Notes under the pieces: generated by a model
What the model saw: only the letters and a program-made list of their open reading frames with translations
Databases searched by the model: none
What the model was told of the DNA's origin: nothing
Part shown: positions 1 to 9,791 of the stretch, piece after piece
Numbering within the stretch: position 1 is the first letter of the stretch
Layout: each line of letters begins with the position of its first letter
Position numbers and translations under genes: made by a program
Source of the DNA: Candidatus Saccharimonadota bacterium
GTDB taxonomy: Bacteria; Bacteroidota; Bacteroidia; Flavobacteriales; Blattabacteriaceae
DNA length: 32,000 nucleotides
Assembly: GCF_028673255.1 (NCBI RefSeq)
Contig: NZ_CP110504.1
Span: forward strand, 120,001-152,000
Direction of reading: 5' to 3'

Positions 1-1554
1 GAACTTATATTTAGTTTTTGCGTGATTATAAGTTATCTTTTTTAAAAGTTTATTTTCAAAATATTCATATGGTTGTTTTACATTATTATCTATTTTGAAA
101 TCATGAAAATAATATTTTGGTAAATTTCTTATTTCTTTTATATTATATCTAGAAATTTTTTTCTTAAGTTTTCTTAAATTTTTCAAACCTAATGGCAAAT
201 CTGAAAATAAATTATAGATTTTATCTTTACTTTTCAAATAATATTCTGAAGTATTAATATAATGTTTTTCAGGGATTAAATTATCATCTATTTTTTCTCC
301 ATATTTAATCGATAATAAAATCCTTAAAGATTTGTGATCTTTTTTATTCAGATAAAACACATTATTTTGTATTATATAATCCACAGAATATTTTTTAGCT
401 AATTTCAAAATAATTCTATTAACTTTCTTTTCATATTTTTCTCCATGACGAAAAATTTCTAGATAAAAATCCTGCTTAAAAACTTTAAGCCACCATTTCA
501 TTTGTTTTATAGATTCTTTTCTTTGATTATTTAAAATTAAATTAGAAATTTCGGAATTTAAATCACCACTTAAAGCAATTAATCCAGAACTATATGATTT
601 TATCATATTTTTTGTTATAACTGGATACTCATCAAATTCTAGTTTTAAAGAACTGAGTGAACATAATTTAATTAAATTATAATAACCTATCTTATTCTTA
701 GCTATCAAAATTTGGCTGTAAATGTTTGTTTTATTTTTAGTAGATAAATAAAATTCACAACCAATAATCGGTTTAATATTTAAATTAAAATTTTTATTAT
801 AGTTTTTAATATATTTCAAAAACTTAACAGTACCCATCAGATTTCCTAAATCGGTTAAACCAACTGCTTCCATTTTATATTTTCTCACTTTTTTTAATAA
901 TGTCTTTATCTCAATCGTTGAATTTAATATTGAATAATTACTATGATTGTGTATATTAAAATATTTGCTCCACATTTTATGTTTTAAATTTTCTTTTATT
1001 TCTCTTTGTTTAGTGCTTTTGAAATTAAGTTTTAAATAATTTCTATCAGTTGTATTACTTATTACATTTATTTTTTTTATAATTTGGTTAATATAACTTA
1101 AGTTATTCAGATCTGTTAAGAATATTCTTTTTAATAAAACTAATCTAAAAAAATATTTTGATAAACATAATATATTTAATATTTGGTTTTCGTATTTATC
1201 CTTTTTCTCACTTATTTGCTCAAGCCACTTATAAAGTATTTGAATATTTGGCATGGAATATCTTTTCCATATAGTTATTGAACTTGTTGCTGTATCTATT
1301 ATATATTTCTTTTTCACATTATAGTTCACTTTTGATATATAAGATCTCATATATTTTAGTAAAAAAAAGATATTATGTCCAATAAGATATTTCGACTTGT
1401 TTAGACTTTTTTGAAACTTTAAAATATTTGATTCTTTAAAATTTAAAGCAAAATCAATAATCTCTAATTCAGAATTACAAACAAACCAATTAAATAGAAT
1501 TTTTTTTCTTGATGAATTTTTATAATCTTTTTTATAATCTAAAAAGAAATACAT
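1..1554 (-). CDS. dnaE: DNA polymerase III alpha subunit (DnaE), N-terminal part; the ORF runs off the left edge of the window
   Basis: I translated the minus strand by hand from ATG 1554..1552 down to base 1 and found 518 codons with no stop. The ORF track omits it because it is open-ended. PHP-domain motifs are present: FNIHNHSNYSIL, EAVGLTDLGNLMG, PIIGCEFYL, ILIAKNKIGYYNLIKL, FYLEIFRHG. The 193 codons upstream of internal Met 975..973 resemble a decayed DEDD exonuclease domain (see findings). The true start is either 1554 or 975. Confidence 0.85.
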   Translation of the reverse strand, partial: MYFFLDYKKDYKNSSRKKILFNWFVCNSELEIIDFALNFKESNILKFQKSLNKSKYLIGHNIFFLLKYMRSYISKVNYNVKKKYIIDTATSSITIWKRYSMPNIQILYKWLEQISEKKDKYENQILNILCLSKYFFRLVLLKRIFLTDLNNLSYINQIIKKINVISNTTDRNYLKLNFKSTKQREIKENLKHKMWSKYFNIHNHSNYSILNSTIEIKTLLKKVRKYKMEAVGLTDLGNLMGTVKFLKYIKNYNKNFNLNIKPIIGCEFYLSTKNKTNIYSQILIAKNKIGYYNLIKLCSLSSLKLEFDEYPVITKNMIKSYSSGLIALSGDLNSEISNLILNNQRKESIKQMKWWLKVFKQDFYLEIFRHGEKYEKKVNRIILKLAKKYSVDYIIQNNVFYLNKKDHKSLRILLSIKYGEKIDDNLIPEKHYINTSEYYLKSKDKIYNLFSDLPLGLKNLRKLKKKISRYNIKEIRNLPKYYFHDFKIDNNVKQPYEYFENKLLKKITYNHAKTKYKF

Positions 1555-1569
1555 AATTTATAAAAAACA

Positions 1570-1644
1570 TGGGTGATACTGGATTTGAACCAGTGACATT
1601 CTACTTGTAAGGCAGACGCTCTGAACCAACTGAGCTAATCACCC
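1570..1644 (-). tRNA. tRNA-Val (anticodon TAC)
   Basis: The reverse complement gggtgattagctcagttggttcagagcgtctgccttacaagtagaatgtcactggttcaaatccagtatcaccca folds as a cloverleaf. The acceptor is gggtgat/atcaccc, the anticodon loop is cttacaa, and the T loop is ttcaaat. Confidence 0.9.
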
Positions 1645-1758
1645 CAATTTAATTTTTTTATAACATTCAAATATCTAAAGAACAACTTAATTAGTAGATA
1701 TAAAGAACATTTAAGATCTTTTAAGTTCATAAAATATACGGTATAATTTATATTTGAC

Positions 1759-3111
1759 TTACTTACCTAGACAAAAAGTAGCAAATATTTGATTTAAAAT
1801 TTCATCATTATTAACAATTTTAGTAATTTTACCAAGATGATAATTAGCTTCTCTTAATAAAAAAGAGAATATTTCTGGCGTTAAAGAATTTTTTCTTGTT
1901 TTTTTTATTTTCATCAAAGTTAGTAATACTTGTTTTAAACACTCATAATTTCGCATATTATTAATAATATTATCTGTTTTATGATATTTATAATTTAATC
2001 TTTTATTTATTTGTTTTTTTATTCTTTCTAATCCTATTCTGTATTTTGCTGATATTAATATATATTGTTTGTTTGATCTTATTTTTTTTTTAAGTAAATC
2101 ACATTTATTAATAATAATTATTATTTGTTTCTTTATTGATATTTTCAAATCTTTTTCTAAATCTTTTTCTATTTTATCTTTTATAACTAATATTAAATCA
2201 GCACTATTAATAGTTTCGTAGGTCTTATGTATTCCTTTTATATCCAAGTTATCCAATTTATTTGCTTTTATTCCAGCTGTGTCTACTATACGAGATTTTA
2301 TACCCTTTATGAAGAAATCTTCTTCTATATAATTTATAGTAGTTCCAGATATATTTGATACTATTGATCTTTCTTTTTTTAATAAAAGATTGAATAATGT
2401 AGATTTTCCAACATTTGGTCTACCAACTAATACTAAGTAATATCCTTTTTTTAAAATATTATTTTTTTTAAACCCAATAATTGTTATTTTTATTTTTTTT
2501 ATTAAAACAACTAAGGTAGTTAGAAATTTTTTATAATTGAATTCTGATATATTATCTTCATCAAAATCTAAAGAAACATTAATTAATGAATTTAAATAGA
2601 TAATATCTTTTCGGATTTCCTTTAAAAAAATAGAAAATTTTCCATTTAAATTCTTAATTGCCAAAGAATGTGCTGCTTCATCTTCTGCTTTAAATAACTC
2701 GGATAAAGCTTCAGCTTGAATTAAATCAATTTTACCATTTTTAAAGGATCTGAAAGAAAATTCTCCTGGATTAGCTAATCTTGCTCCGTTATCTATTAAG
2801 AATTTTAATATCTTATTTTGTATGTATAAAGTACCATGACAATATATTTCAATAAGATCTTCTCCAGTATATGAAAAAGGTTTTTTAAATAAACATAAAA
2901 ATACTTTATCAATAAGCTTCTTATTTTGTTTTATAAAACCTAGATACATAGTATTAGTTTTTAATTCAGTTATTTGTTTCTTTTCTTTTGAAACAAAACA
3001 ACTACTTACTATTTTAAAACATAATTTACCAGAAATTCTTATTATTGCTATTGCTCCTATACCATTTGGTGTAGCAATAGCAGTAATAGTATCCTTATTA
3101 TTAAAAAACAA
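1759..3111 (-). CDS. mnmE: tRNA modification GTPase MnmE (TrmE)
   Basis: 450 aa. G-domain motifs GRPNVGKSTLFN and DTAGI are present, along with the C-terminal FCLGK (the C-[IL]-G-K motif typical of MnmE). Confidence 0.93.
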   Translation of the reverse strand: MFFNNKDTITAIATPNGIGAIAIIRISGKLCFKIVSSCFVSKEKKQITELKTNTMYLGFIKQNKKLIDKVFLCLFKKPFSYTGEDLIEIYCHGTLYIQNKILKFLIDNGARLANPGEFSFRSFKNGKIDLIQAEALSELFKAEDEAAHSLAIKNLNGKFSIFLKEIRKDIIYLNSLINVSLDFDEDNISEFNYKKFLTTLVVLIKKIKITIIGFKKNNILKKGYYLVLVGRPNVGKSTLFNLLLKKERSIVSNISGTTINYIEEDFFIKGIKSRIVDTAGIKANKLDNLDIKGIHKTYETINSADLILVIKDKIEKDLEKDLKISIKKQIIIIINKCDLLKKKIRSNKQYILISAKYRIGLERIKKQINKRLNYKYHKTDNIINNMRNYECLKQVLLTLMKIKKTRKNSLTPEIFSFLLREANYHLGKITKIVNNDEILNQIFATFCLGK

Positions 3112-3187
3112 TTTGAATTTGATTTGAATACTTGATTAAAACAAAAATATAAATACATTATTATTTAGTTAATAAGATCAAATTTCG

Positions 3188-4105
3188 TTAATTAAATTCT
3201 GTAAATATCCATATAAAAAATTGTATAATCTTCTCAAGATCTTTTTTTTTGATCATTTCATTTGGAGTATTTAAATACTTAACATTCAATGTTACAAAAT
3301 AAGTATTAATTTTATAATTATTTATATAGCAAATTATATTCGTTTTCTGACAATAGAATAAGATTTTTTCTAAATTATCTTTATTTATAAAAATAATACC
3401 AATTCTTTTGCTTCTGTTTAATGTTATTATTATTTTAATTTTCTTCTTTAAAATTAAGGTTTTGTTCTTTAAATTATTATATAAAATAAAGTTAATGTTT
3501 GTATTTTTTTTAAAGGAACTTATTATTTCAAGGAAAATAAATAAACCAAGTTTACTTGAAATATGATTACTAACTAAATATTTCTTATTTAGTATACTTA
3601 AACTATCTGTTAAAAAAATTAATGAATTATAATTAATTCCTAATTCATAGACTTCATTCATAGTTTCAACTCCTATATCTATTTTGAGTTTATATTTTGT
3701 ATTAGATTTTTTATAATTTGTATTATATTTTTGATTAGGTATTATAAGCCCTGGTAAGATGATTCCATTTGATGAATAAATATTAACTTTTTTATAATGT
3801 AAAAATGATGTGTTTAAATATTTTATATTTTCTATATAAAGAAAACCTCGTTCTGATATGTATTTGATTTTCCAGAAATTATGAATTAATTTAATTAATA
3901 ATAAGATATTCAATCTATTTGGTTTGTTCTTTACTATTATGTTGTTTCGTTTTTTCAAACATAAATATTTCTTATATTTGTTAAGAACATTTATAAAAAT
4001 ATCACTTAATAAGTTCTTTTTATACAAATAATAATTACTTAAAAGTTTATAAAATAAAAATTCTGAATTTTGATTTAAAATATACATGTTCTCTGAAATC
4101 TCCAA
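3188..4105 (-). CDS. M42-family (glutamyl aminopeptidase / FrvX-like) homologue, degenerate; possibly a nonfunctional relic
   Basis: 305 aa. Three blocks are collinear with remembered M42 peptidase blocks. LNILLLIKLIHNFWKIKYISERGFLYIENI aligns with ..AHADEI..V..I.ddGfl.. ; KLKIDIGVETMNEVYELGINYNSLIFLTDSLSILNKKYLVSNHISSKLGLFIFLEI aligns with ..fIDIGA..keEve.mGv.vG......f..l.n...v.kALDNR.G. ; VTLNVKYLNTPNEMIKKKDLEKII aligns with iSlPlRYMHt.vEm....Dve. The metal-ligand positions appear substituted. Confidence 0.5.
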   Translation of the reverse strand: MEISENMYILNQNSEFLFYKLLSNYYLYKKNLLSDIFINVLNKYKKYLCLKKRNNIIVKNKPNRLNILLLIKLIHNFWKIKYISERGFLYIENIKYLNTSFLHYKKVNIYSSNGIILPGLIIPNQKYNTNYKKSNTKYKLKIDIGVETMNEVYELGINYNSLIFLTDSLSILNKKYLVSNHISSKLGLFIFLEIISSFKKNTNINFILYNNLKNKTLILKKKIKIIITLNRSKRIGIIFINKDNLEKILFYCQKTNIICYINNYKINTYFVTLNVKYLNTPNEMIKKKDLEKIIQFFIWIFTEFN

Positions 4106-4199
4106 TCTATGAGTTAAAAGATTACCTTTCTTTAATATTCTTTTTTAAGGTATTCTCATAATATTAGCTTTAGTTCTAATTCTAAAGAACAATTAAGTG

Positions 4200-5564
4200 C
4201 TATTCTAAGTTTAAATTTGAAAAATTAACATTTTCATTAACAAATTTTATTCTTACATTATCTATTCTACCATTTCTATTTTTAGCTATTATTAGTTCAG
4301 CCTCACCTTTACACGATTCATTTTCTCCATTGTCCCAATTAGTAAAACCATAATATTCTGGACGATAAATGAATGTAACAATATCTGCATCTTGCTCTAA
4401 AGCACCTGATTCACGTAAGTCAGAGAGTATAGGTCTCTTACGTCCTCCTCTTGTTTCTACTGCTCTAGATAATTGTGATAAAGCTATAATCGGTAAATTA
4501 AACTCTTTGGAAATGGCTTTTAAATTTCTAGATATAAAAGATACTTCTTGTTCTCTTGGTAAATTTGGTAAAGTTTCCAACTTACCAGAAGTCATTAATT
4601 GCAAGTAATCGATTATAATTAATTTAATTTTATTCTTAGATATTTCTCTTCTACATTTACAACGTAAATCAAATATTGAAAGATAATGAGTGTCATCAAT
4701 ATATAATGGTGCTTCAGATAAGCTTTTAATTTTACTATTAACTAATTTCCATTCTAATTTAGATAAATCAGAATATTTTAAGCGTTCTGATGGAATTCCA
4801 GTTTCTGCTGAAATTAATCTAGTAACTAATTGAGTTGCTGACATTTCCAAAGAAAATATTAATATAGGAATTTTAAAATTGACAACTATGTTTCTGGCCA
4901 TAGAAAGAGCAAATGATGTTTTTCCCATTCCAGGTCTTGCTGCAAAAATTATTAATTCTGAATTTTGCCATCCACAAGTTATTTTATCAAGATCTCTGAA
5001 TCCAGATGGAATACCATTTAAATTTTTAACATTAGTTTTTAAATTATTAATAGTTGTTTTTATTAATGAATTAATACTTTTAGTAGTATCTTTGAGGTTC
5101 GTTTTATTATTTATTTTAAATAATTTCATTTCTGCGTAATTCAATAAATCTAATACGTCGCTTTTCTCTTCTTGAGATAGCTTTATTATTTCGTATGAAG
5201 TTTCAATTAATTGTCTTAATATAAATTTATTTTTTATTATTTTACTATGATATTCTATATTCGCTGAGGAAATTCTATTGTTTGTTAATTTAGTTAAATA
5301 CAAGTCTCCACCTACAACATTAAATTTACCTATTTTCTTTAATTCATTAGAAACAGTATAAATATCTATTGGTTCTGAATTATTATATAATGTTCTTATA
5401 ACTTTTATTATTTCCTTATTTTTAAGTTTATAAAAAATTTCTGGCTCTATTATATCAATAATATCCTCCAAGCAATTAGGATCTATTAATATTCCACCAA
5501 TAACTGCTTCTTCTAAATTTAATGCTTTTGGATTTGCTTCTTTTTTCTTAAGTAATTCTTTCAT
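4200..5564 (-). CDS. dnaB: Replicative DNA helicase DnaB
   Basis: 454 aa. Walker A ARPGMGKTSFAL, IIDYLQLM, ALSQLSRAVE and SDLRESGALEQDADIV are all typical DnaB motifs. Confidence 0.95.
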   Translation of the reverse strand: MKELLKKKEANPKALNLEEAVIGGILIDPNCLEDIIDIIEPEIFYKLKNKEIIKVIRTLYNNSEPIDIYTVSNELKKIGKFNVVGGDLYLTKLTNNRISSANIEYHSKIIKNKFILRQLIETSYEIIKLSQEEKSDVLDLLNYAEMKLFKINNKTNLKDTTKSINSLIKTTINNLKTNVKNLNGIPSGFRDLDKITCGWQNSELIIFAARPGMGKTSFALSMARNIVVNFKIPILIFSLEMSATQLVTRLISAETGIPSERLKYSDLSKLEWKLVNSKIKSLSEAPLYIDDTHYLSIFDLRCKCRREISKNKIKLIIIDYLQLMTSGKLETLPNLPREQEVSFISRNLKAISKEFNLPIIALSQLSRAVETRGGRKRPILSDLRESGALEQDADIVTFIYRPEYYGFTNWDNGENESCKGEAELIIAKNRNGRIDNVRIKFVNENVNFSNLNLE

Positions 5565-5641
5565 TGCTTAAAATATTATTTGTTTTTAAAAAAAAAGAAT
5601 ATATAGTAAATACTATTTTAAATACTATTTTTATTTAAATA

Positions 5642-6190
5642 ATGAAAAAAGAAACAATAAAAACAATTATTAAAATGACAAGAATTAAAAATATATATTT
5701 AGACTTGATAAAATTCTATGAAACAAAAAACTTAAAAGTAAAAAAAAAAATAATGAAATTATTTATTCAATTTAATTCTTATAAAAGAAGACAACTAAAT
5801 TTCTTAATTAAAACTCTAGCTGAAATAGAAAATTATAAAAAACGTAAAGAAAAAGAAAGAAAATTAGTAATAGAAAAAGCAAATTGCAATTTATTATTGG
5901 ATTTGTTAAGTTTTGGAGAAGATTTTAATAGAAGTTTTAAAGATAAAAACAACTTTTATCAAGGAATAAAAATCATTAAAACAAAATTTTTTAATCTTTT
6001 AAAAAAAGAGGGACTCAAAAAAATACCAACTAAAAAAGGAGACAAATTTAATACTGATGTTCATGAAGCTATTTCTATACAAAAAACTAAAGATAAAAAA
6101 TTAAAAGGAAAAATTCTATTTGTAATAGAGTCAGGTTATAAGTTAAAAAATCAAATTCTTAAGTTTTCTAAAGTTCTAGTAGGTAATTAA
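5642..6190 (+). CDS. grpE: Nucleotide exchange factor GrpE
   Basis: 182 aa. The C-terminal block [10 protein letters not shown]...[26 protein letters not shown] matches the GrpE beta domain. It lies directly upstream of dnaJ. Confidence 0.85.
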   Translation: MKKETIKTIIKMTRIKNIYLDLIKFYETKNLKVKKKIMKLFIQFNSYKRRQLNFLIKTLAEIENYKKRKEKERKLVIEKANCNLLLDLLSFGEDFNRSFKDKNNFYQGIKIIKTKFFNLLKKEGLKKIPTKKGDKFNTDVHEAISIQKTKDKKLKGKILFVIESGYKLKNQILKFSKVLVGN

Positions 6191-6200
6191 AAAAAAAGAA

Positions 6201-7307
6201 ATGAGTAAGAAAGATTATTATAAAATTCTTGGGATAGATAGAAATGCTAATTCGGATGAAATAAAAAGAGCATACAGAAAATTAGCTTTAAAATATCATC
6301 CTGATCGTAATATAAAAAATAAAAAAGAAGCAGAAGCAAAATTCAAAGAAGCTGCAGAAGCATACAGTATATTAAGTGATAAAAATAAGCGCAGACAATA
6401 TGATCAATATGGACCTGAAAATTATAATGAATTTTATAATCAAAATAGTGATCTAAATGTAGAAGACATATTTAGTAGTTTTGGAGATATATTTAACGAG
6501 AAATTAGGTGGATTTGCCGATGGCTTTACAGATTCAGATTTTGTAGAAACAACAAAAAAAAAAGGAGAAAATTTAAGAATTAAAATTAGGTTAGAATTAA
6601 ATGAAATTAACAATGGAATAATAAAGAAAATCAAAGTTAAACGTATGAAATTTTCTAAAGATGTAAAATTTAAAATTTGTAATTTATGTAATGGAACTGG
6701 TTATATTCACAAAGTTTCTAATACCTTCTTAGGACAACTACAAACTACAATAAACTGTACCCAATGTTTTGGTTTAGGAAAATTAATTCTGAGAATACCT
6801 AGAGGTGTAAATAATCAAGGGTTAAAACAAGTAGAAGAACTGATTAATATTAAAATTCCAGCAGGCATTCAAAATAAAATGCAAATTAAATTTTTAGGTA
6901 AAGGTAATGATGCACCTTTTGGTATTGGAAAAACAGGTGATATAATCGTCTTAGTAGAAGAAATACCTAATAAAAACTTCAAAAGAAACTGCGAGAATTT
7001 GTTTTATGATTTATATATCTCAATTCCACAAGCGATATTAGGAACATCTGAATATATTACAACTTTAAATGGAAAAGTTCTAATTAAAATCTCACCTGGT
7101 TGTCAATGTGGTAAAATATTAAGATTAAAAGGAAAAGGGTTACCTAAAATGAACTTTTTTGGTATAGGAGATAGAGGAGACTTATTTATAAATATTAATA
7201 TTTGGGTTCCTAAAAAAATTAGTAAAGAACATAAATTATTTTTTCAAAATCTTAAAAATGATCCTAATTTTGCACCCAAATCTAGGAAACATAAAAAAAC
7301 AACATAA
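6201..7307 (+). CDS. dnaJ: Molecular chaperone DnaJ, with a reduced zinc-finger domain
   Basis: 368 aa. The J domain DYYKILGI...[13 protein letters not shown] is present, followed by a G/F-like stretch. Only two CxxCxGxG motifs remain ([16 protein letters not shown]). The C-terminal domains are conserved (IKIPAG, GKGLP). Confidence 0.95.
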   Translation: MSKKDYYKILGIDRNANSDEIKRAYRKLALKYHPDRNIKNKKEAEAKFKEAAEAYSILSDKNKRRQYDQYGPENYNEFYNQNSDLNVEDIFSSFGDIFNEKLGGFADGFTDSDFVETTKKKGENLRIKIRLELNEINNGIIKKIKVKRMKFSKDVKFKICNLCNGTGYIHKVSNTFLGQLQTTINCTQCFGLGKLILRIPRGVNNQGLKQVEELINIKIPAGIQNKMQIKFLGKGNDAPFGIGKTGDIIVLVEEIPNKNFKRNCENLFYDLYISIPQAILGTSEYITTLNGKVLIKISPGCQCGKILRLKGKGLPKMNFFGIGDRGDLFININIWVPKKISKEHKLFFQNLKNDPNFAPKSRKHKKTT

Positions 7308-7345
7308 TAACGAATACATTTTTTCTACCATATAAAGCTTTCAGT

Positions 7346-8530
7346 ATGAAAAGAGTAATAGTTGGGTTATCAGGAGGAGTAGATTCCAGTGTAGCCGCAT
7401 TAATATTAAAAACAAAAGGTTATGAAGTAATCGGTATATATTTGAAAAACACCTTTTTGGATAAAAACTGTGATTGGGAAGAGGAAAGTCTAACGGCATT
7501 AATGGTATCTCAAAAACTTGGGATACCATTTTATATTATAGATATAACAAACTATTATAAAAAAATAATTTATGATCATACAATAAATAATTATTTAAAA
7601 GGCAAAACTCCTAATCCGGATATTCTATGTAATAAAAAAATAAAATTTAATTTATTTCTGAAAAAATCTGCAATATTAAAAGCAGATTATATTGCAACAG
7701 GACATTATGTACGTAAAAAAAAAATTTCAGGCAGATTCAATCATGCATATAAACTTTTAACTGCCTTAGATCATAAGAAAGATCAATCATACTTCTTATG
7801 TTGCTTAAATCAATATCAAATAAAAAAATCGTTATTTCCACTTGGAAATATAAAAAAGAAACAAGTTAGAACAATTGCAAAATCTGCTAAATTAGTAAAT
7901 GCTAAAAGAAAAGATTCTCAAGGAATTTGTTTTTTAGGAAAACAAAACTTTTCTTCAATACTAAAAAAAACAATTACTAAAAAGATAGGAACAATAATAT
8001 TAATAAACCCAGAATGTAATATTTATAAAAACAAAATAGATAAATTATCATTAAAAAACAAAATTAATATTTTAGCAGAATTAGCAGAAAAAATCAAATA
8101 CAAACCCAAAGATGGAAACAAAATTGGATTTCACGAAGGAGTTGCTTTTTTTACTAAAGGCCAAAGAAAAGGAATTCAACTTGGTGGATTTAATCACCCT
8201 CTTTTTGTTCTAGATAAAGACTTAAAGCATAATATTTTATATGTAGGTAAAGGCAAAAAACATCCTGGATTATTTAAATCAGTATTTTTTATAAAAAACA
8301 AACACATAACTTGGTTAAATAAAAATTATAATAAAATTATTAAAGAGAAGAAACCTTTTAAAATAAAAGCAAAAATACGATCTCAACAAAAATTACAAAG
8401 AGCTACGTTATATTGTATTAATAATGGGATTTATATCTGTTTTAAATTACCTCAAAGAGCCATGACTGAAGGTCAGTATATTGTATTGTATTTTAAAAAT
8501 GAATTAATAGGTTCTTGCCTGTATGATTAA
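7346..8530 (+). CDS. mnmA: tRNA-specific 2-thiouridylase MnmA
   Basis: 394 aa. It has the PP-loop VIVGLSGGVDSSVAA, plus NPDILCN, ATGHY, KDQSYFL and DSQGICF. Confidence 0.92.
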   Translation: MKRVIVGLSGGVDSSVAALILKTKGYEVIGIYLKNTFLDKNCDWEEESLTALMVSQKLGIPFYIIDITNYYKKIIYDHTINNYLKGKTPNPDILCNKKIKFNLFLKKSAILKADYIATGHYVRKKKISGRFNHAYKLLTALDHKKDQSYFLCCLNQYQIKKSLFPLGNIKKKQVRTIAKSAKLVNAKRKDSQGICFLGKQNFSSILKKTITKKIGTIILINPECNIYKNKIDKLSLKNKINILAELAEKIKYKPKDGNKIGFHEGVAFFTKGQRKGIQLGGFNHPLFVLDKDLKHNILYVGKGKKHPGLFKSVFFIKNKHITWLNKNYNKIIKEKKPFKIKAKIRSQQKLQRATLYCINNGIYICFKLPQRAMTEGQYIVLYFKNELIGSCLYD

Positions 8531-8678
8531 TTTATAATTATTAGTTTCTTACTTCTTATAGCTAATAGTAAAAATAACTAAAAAATTTATTTACTTATTA
8601 TCTTATTGGTTTATTAATTTGGTCATATCTTCACACATATTCTTAATTACATTTTGTATTGTCCATTAATAACTTGTA

Positions 8679-9734
8679 TTATTGTATTGGAAATCTCCAG
8701 TGATATGGATCTTTATTTAAATTATATTGAATATCTAACAGATTTTTTTTCAAGAAATAAGAAATCCTCTCCTCTTTTTTTAAAATAGGTAATAAATAAT
8801 TTTTATTCTTTAAATTTATTTTTTCAAAATGATTTATTACTACAGCTGTACCAGTACCAAAAATTTCTGCAACTTCTTTTTTTTTCAAATAATATTTTAA
8901 TTCATCTATAGTTAAATATTTTTCTATAACATTAATATTGTTTTTTTTTGAAAATTCAATAATACTTCTACGAGAAATTCCATTTAGTATCTTCTCGTCT
9001 GCTGGTGCCGTAATAAGAGTATTTTGAATATAAAAAAACACATTCATCGTTCCTGATTCTTCAATAATTGAATGTGTAGCAGAATCAGTCCATAATATTT
9101 GATCGAAACCTTCTAATTGAGCTTTTTTAGTTGGAAAAAAAGAAGCTGCATAGTTACCAGCAGCTTTAATAAAACCAATACCACCATTATAAGATCTACT
9201 ATATTTGAGTTCTATTTTTACTTTTAATGGTCTTGAATAATACTTATTTACAGAAGTACAAAAAATAAAAAAAAGATAATTTAAACTTGGTTTTGCAGTA
9301 AGAGTACCATCTGTTGCAATCATAAAAGGTCTTATATATAATGAATAACCATATTTAGGAACTATCCATTTAGTATCCAATTTTAATAAATTTATTAATC
9401 CTTCTACAAAAATTTTTTTTGGAATAACTGGCATTGCTAAACGTTTTGCTGAAATATTGAATCTTTTAAAATGTTCTAATGGCCTAAATAAAAACATATT
9501 ATTTTTTCTATCTTTGAAAGCTTTCATTCCTTCAAAAATAGCTTGTCCATAATGAAAAACTAAAGTATTTGGAAAAAATATAAAATTACCAAATGTTTGA
9601 ATTTGGGGTTCTTTCCAAAGATCATTTCTATACTCGCAAAAAAGCATATGATCAGTATAATATTTGCCAAAAGGAATTTCAACATCCCAATTAATATTTT
9701 TTATTCTAGATATTTTTCCTTTTTCAATTAGCAT
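8679..9734 (-). CDS. ilvE: Branched-chain amino acid aminotransferase
   Basis: 351 aa. Class IV aminotransferase blocks are present: HYGQAIFEGMKAF, YIRPF, KAAGNYAAS, EESGTMNVF, GISR, GTGTA. Confidence 0.9.
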   Translation of the reverse strand: MLIEKGKISRIKNINWDVEIPFGKYYTDHMLFCEYRNDLWKEPQIQTFGNFIFFPNTLVFHYGQAIFEGMKAFKDRKNNMFLFRPLEHFKRFNISAKRLAMPVIPKKIFVEGLINLLKLDTKWIVPKYGYSLYIRPFMIATDGTLTAKPSLNYLFFIFCTSVNKYYSRPLKVKIELKYSRSYNGGIGFIKAAGNYAASFFPTKKAQLEGFDQILWTDSATHSIIEESGTMNVFFYIQNTLITAPADEKILNGISRRSIIEFSKKNNINVIEKYLTIDELKYYLKKKEVAEIFGTGTAVVINHFEKINLKNKNYLLPILKKEERISYFLKKNLLDIQYNLNKDPYHWRFPIQ

Positions 9735-9791
9735 AGATTCTATTAGGTTTTAAAATATCTAATATGTAAGAAAAAATATAAGATAATAAAA

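Noticed and set aside
3112-3187. The repetitive tttgaatttgatttgaatacttga stretch upstream of mnmE, considered as a regulatory repeat.
   Set aside because: The units are short, imperfect and low-complexity, and cannot be told apart from A/T-rich background.
5608-5631. A perfect 2 x 12-bp tandem repeat (aaatactatttt) in the divergent dnaB/grpE spacer, considered as a possible heat-shock operator.
   Set aside because: It is a direct repeat, not an inverted one, and does not resemble CIRCE or any operator I know. The composition is low-complexity A/T, so it is plausibly slippage or chance.
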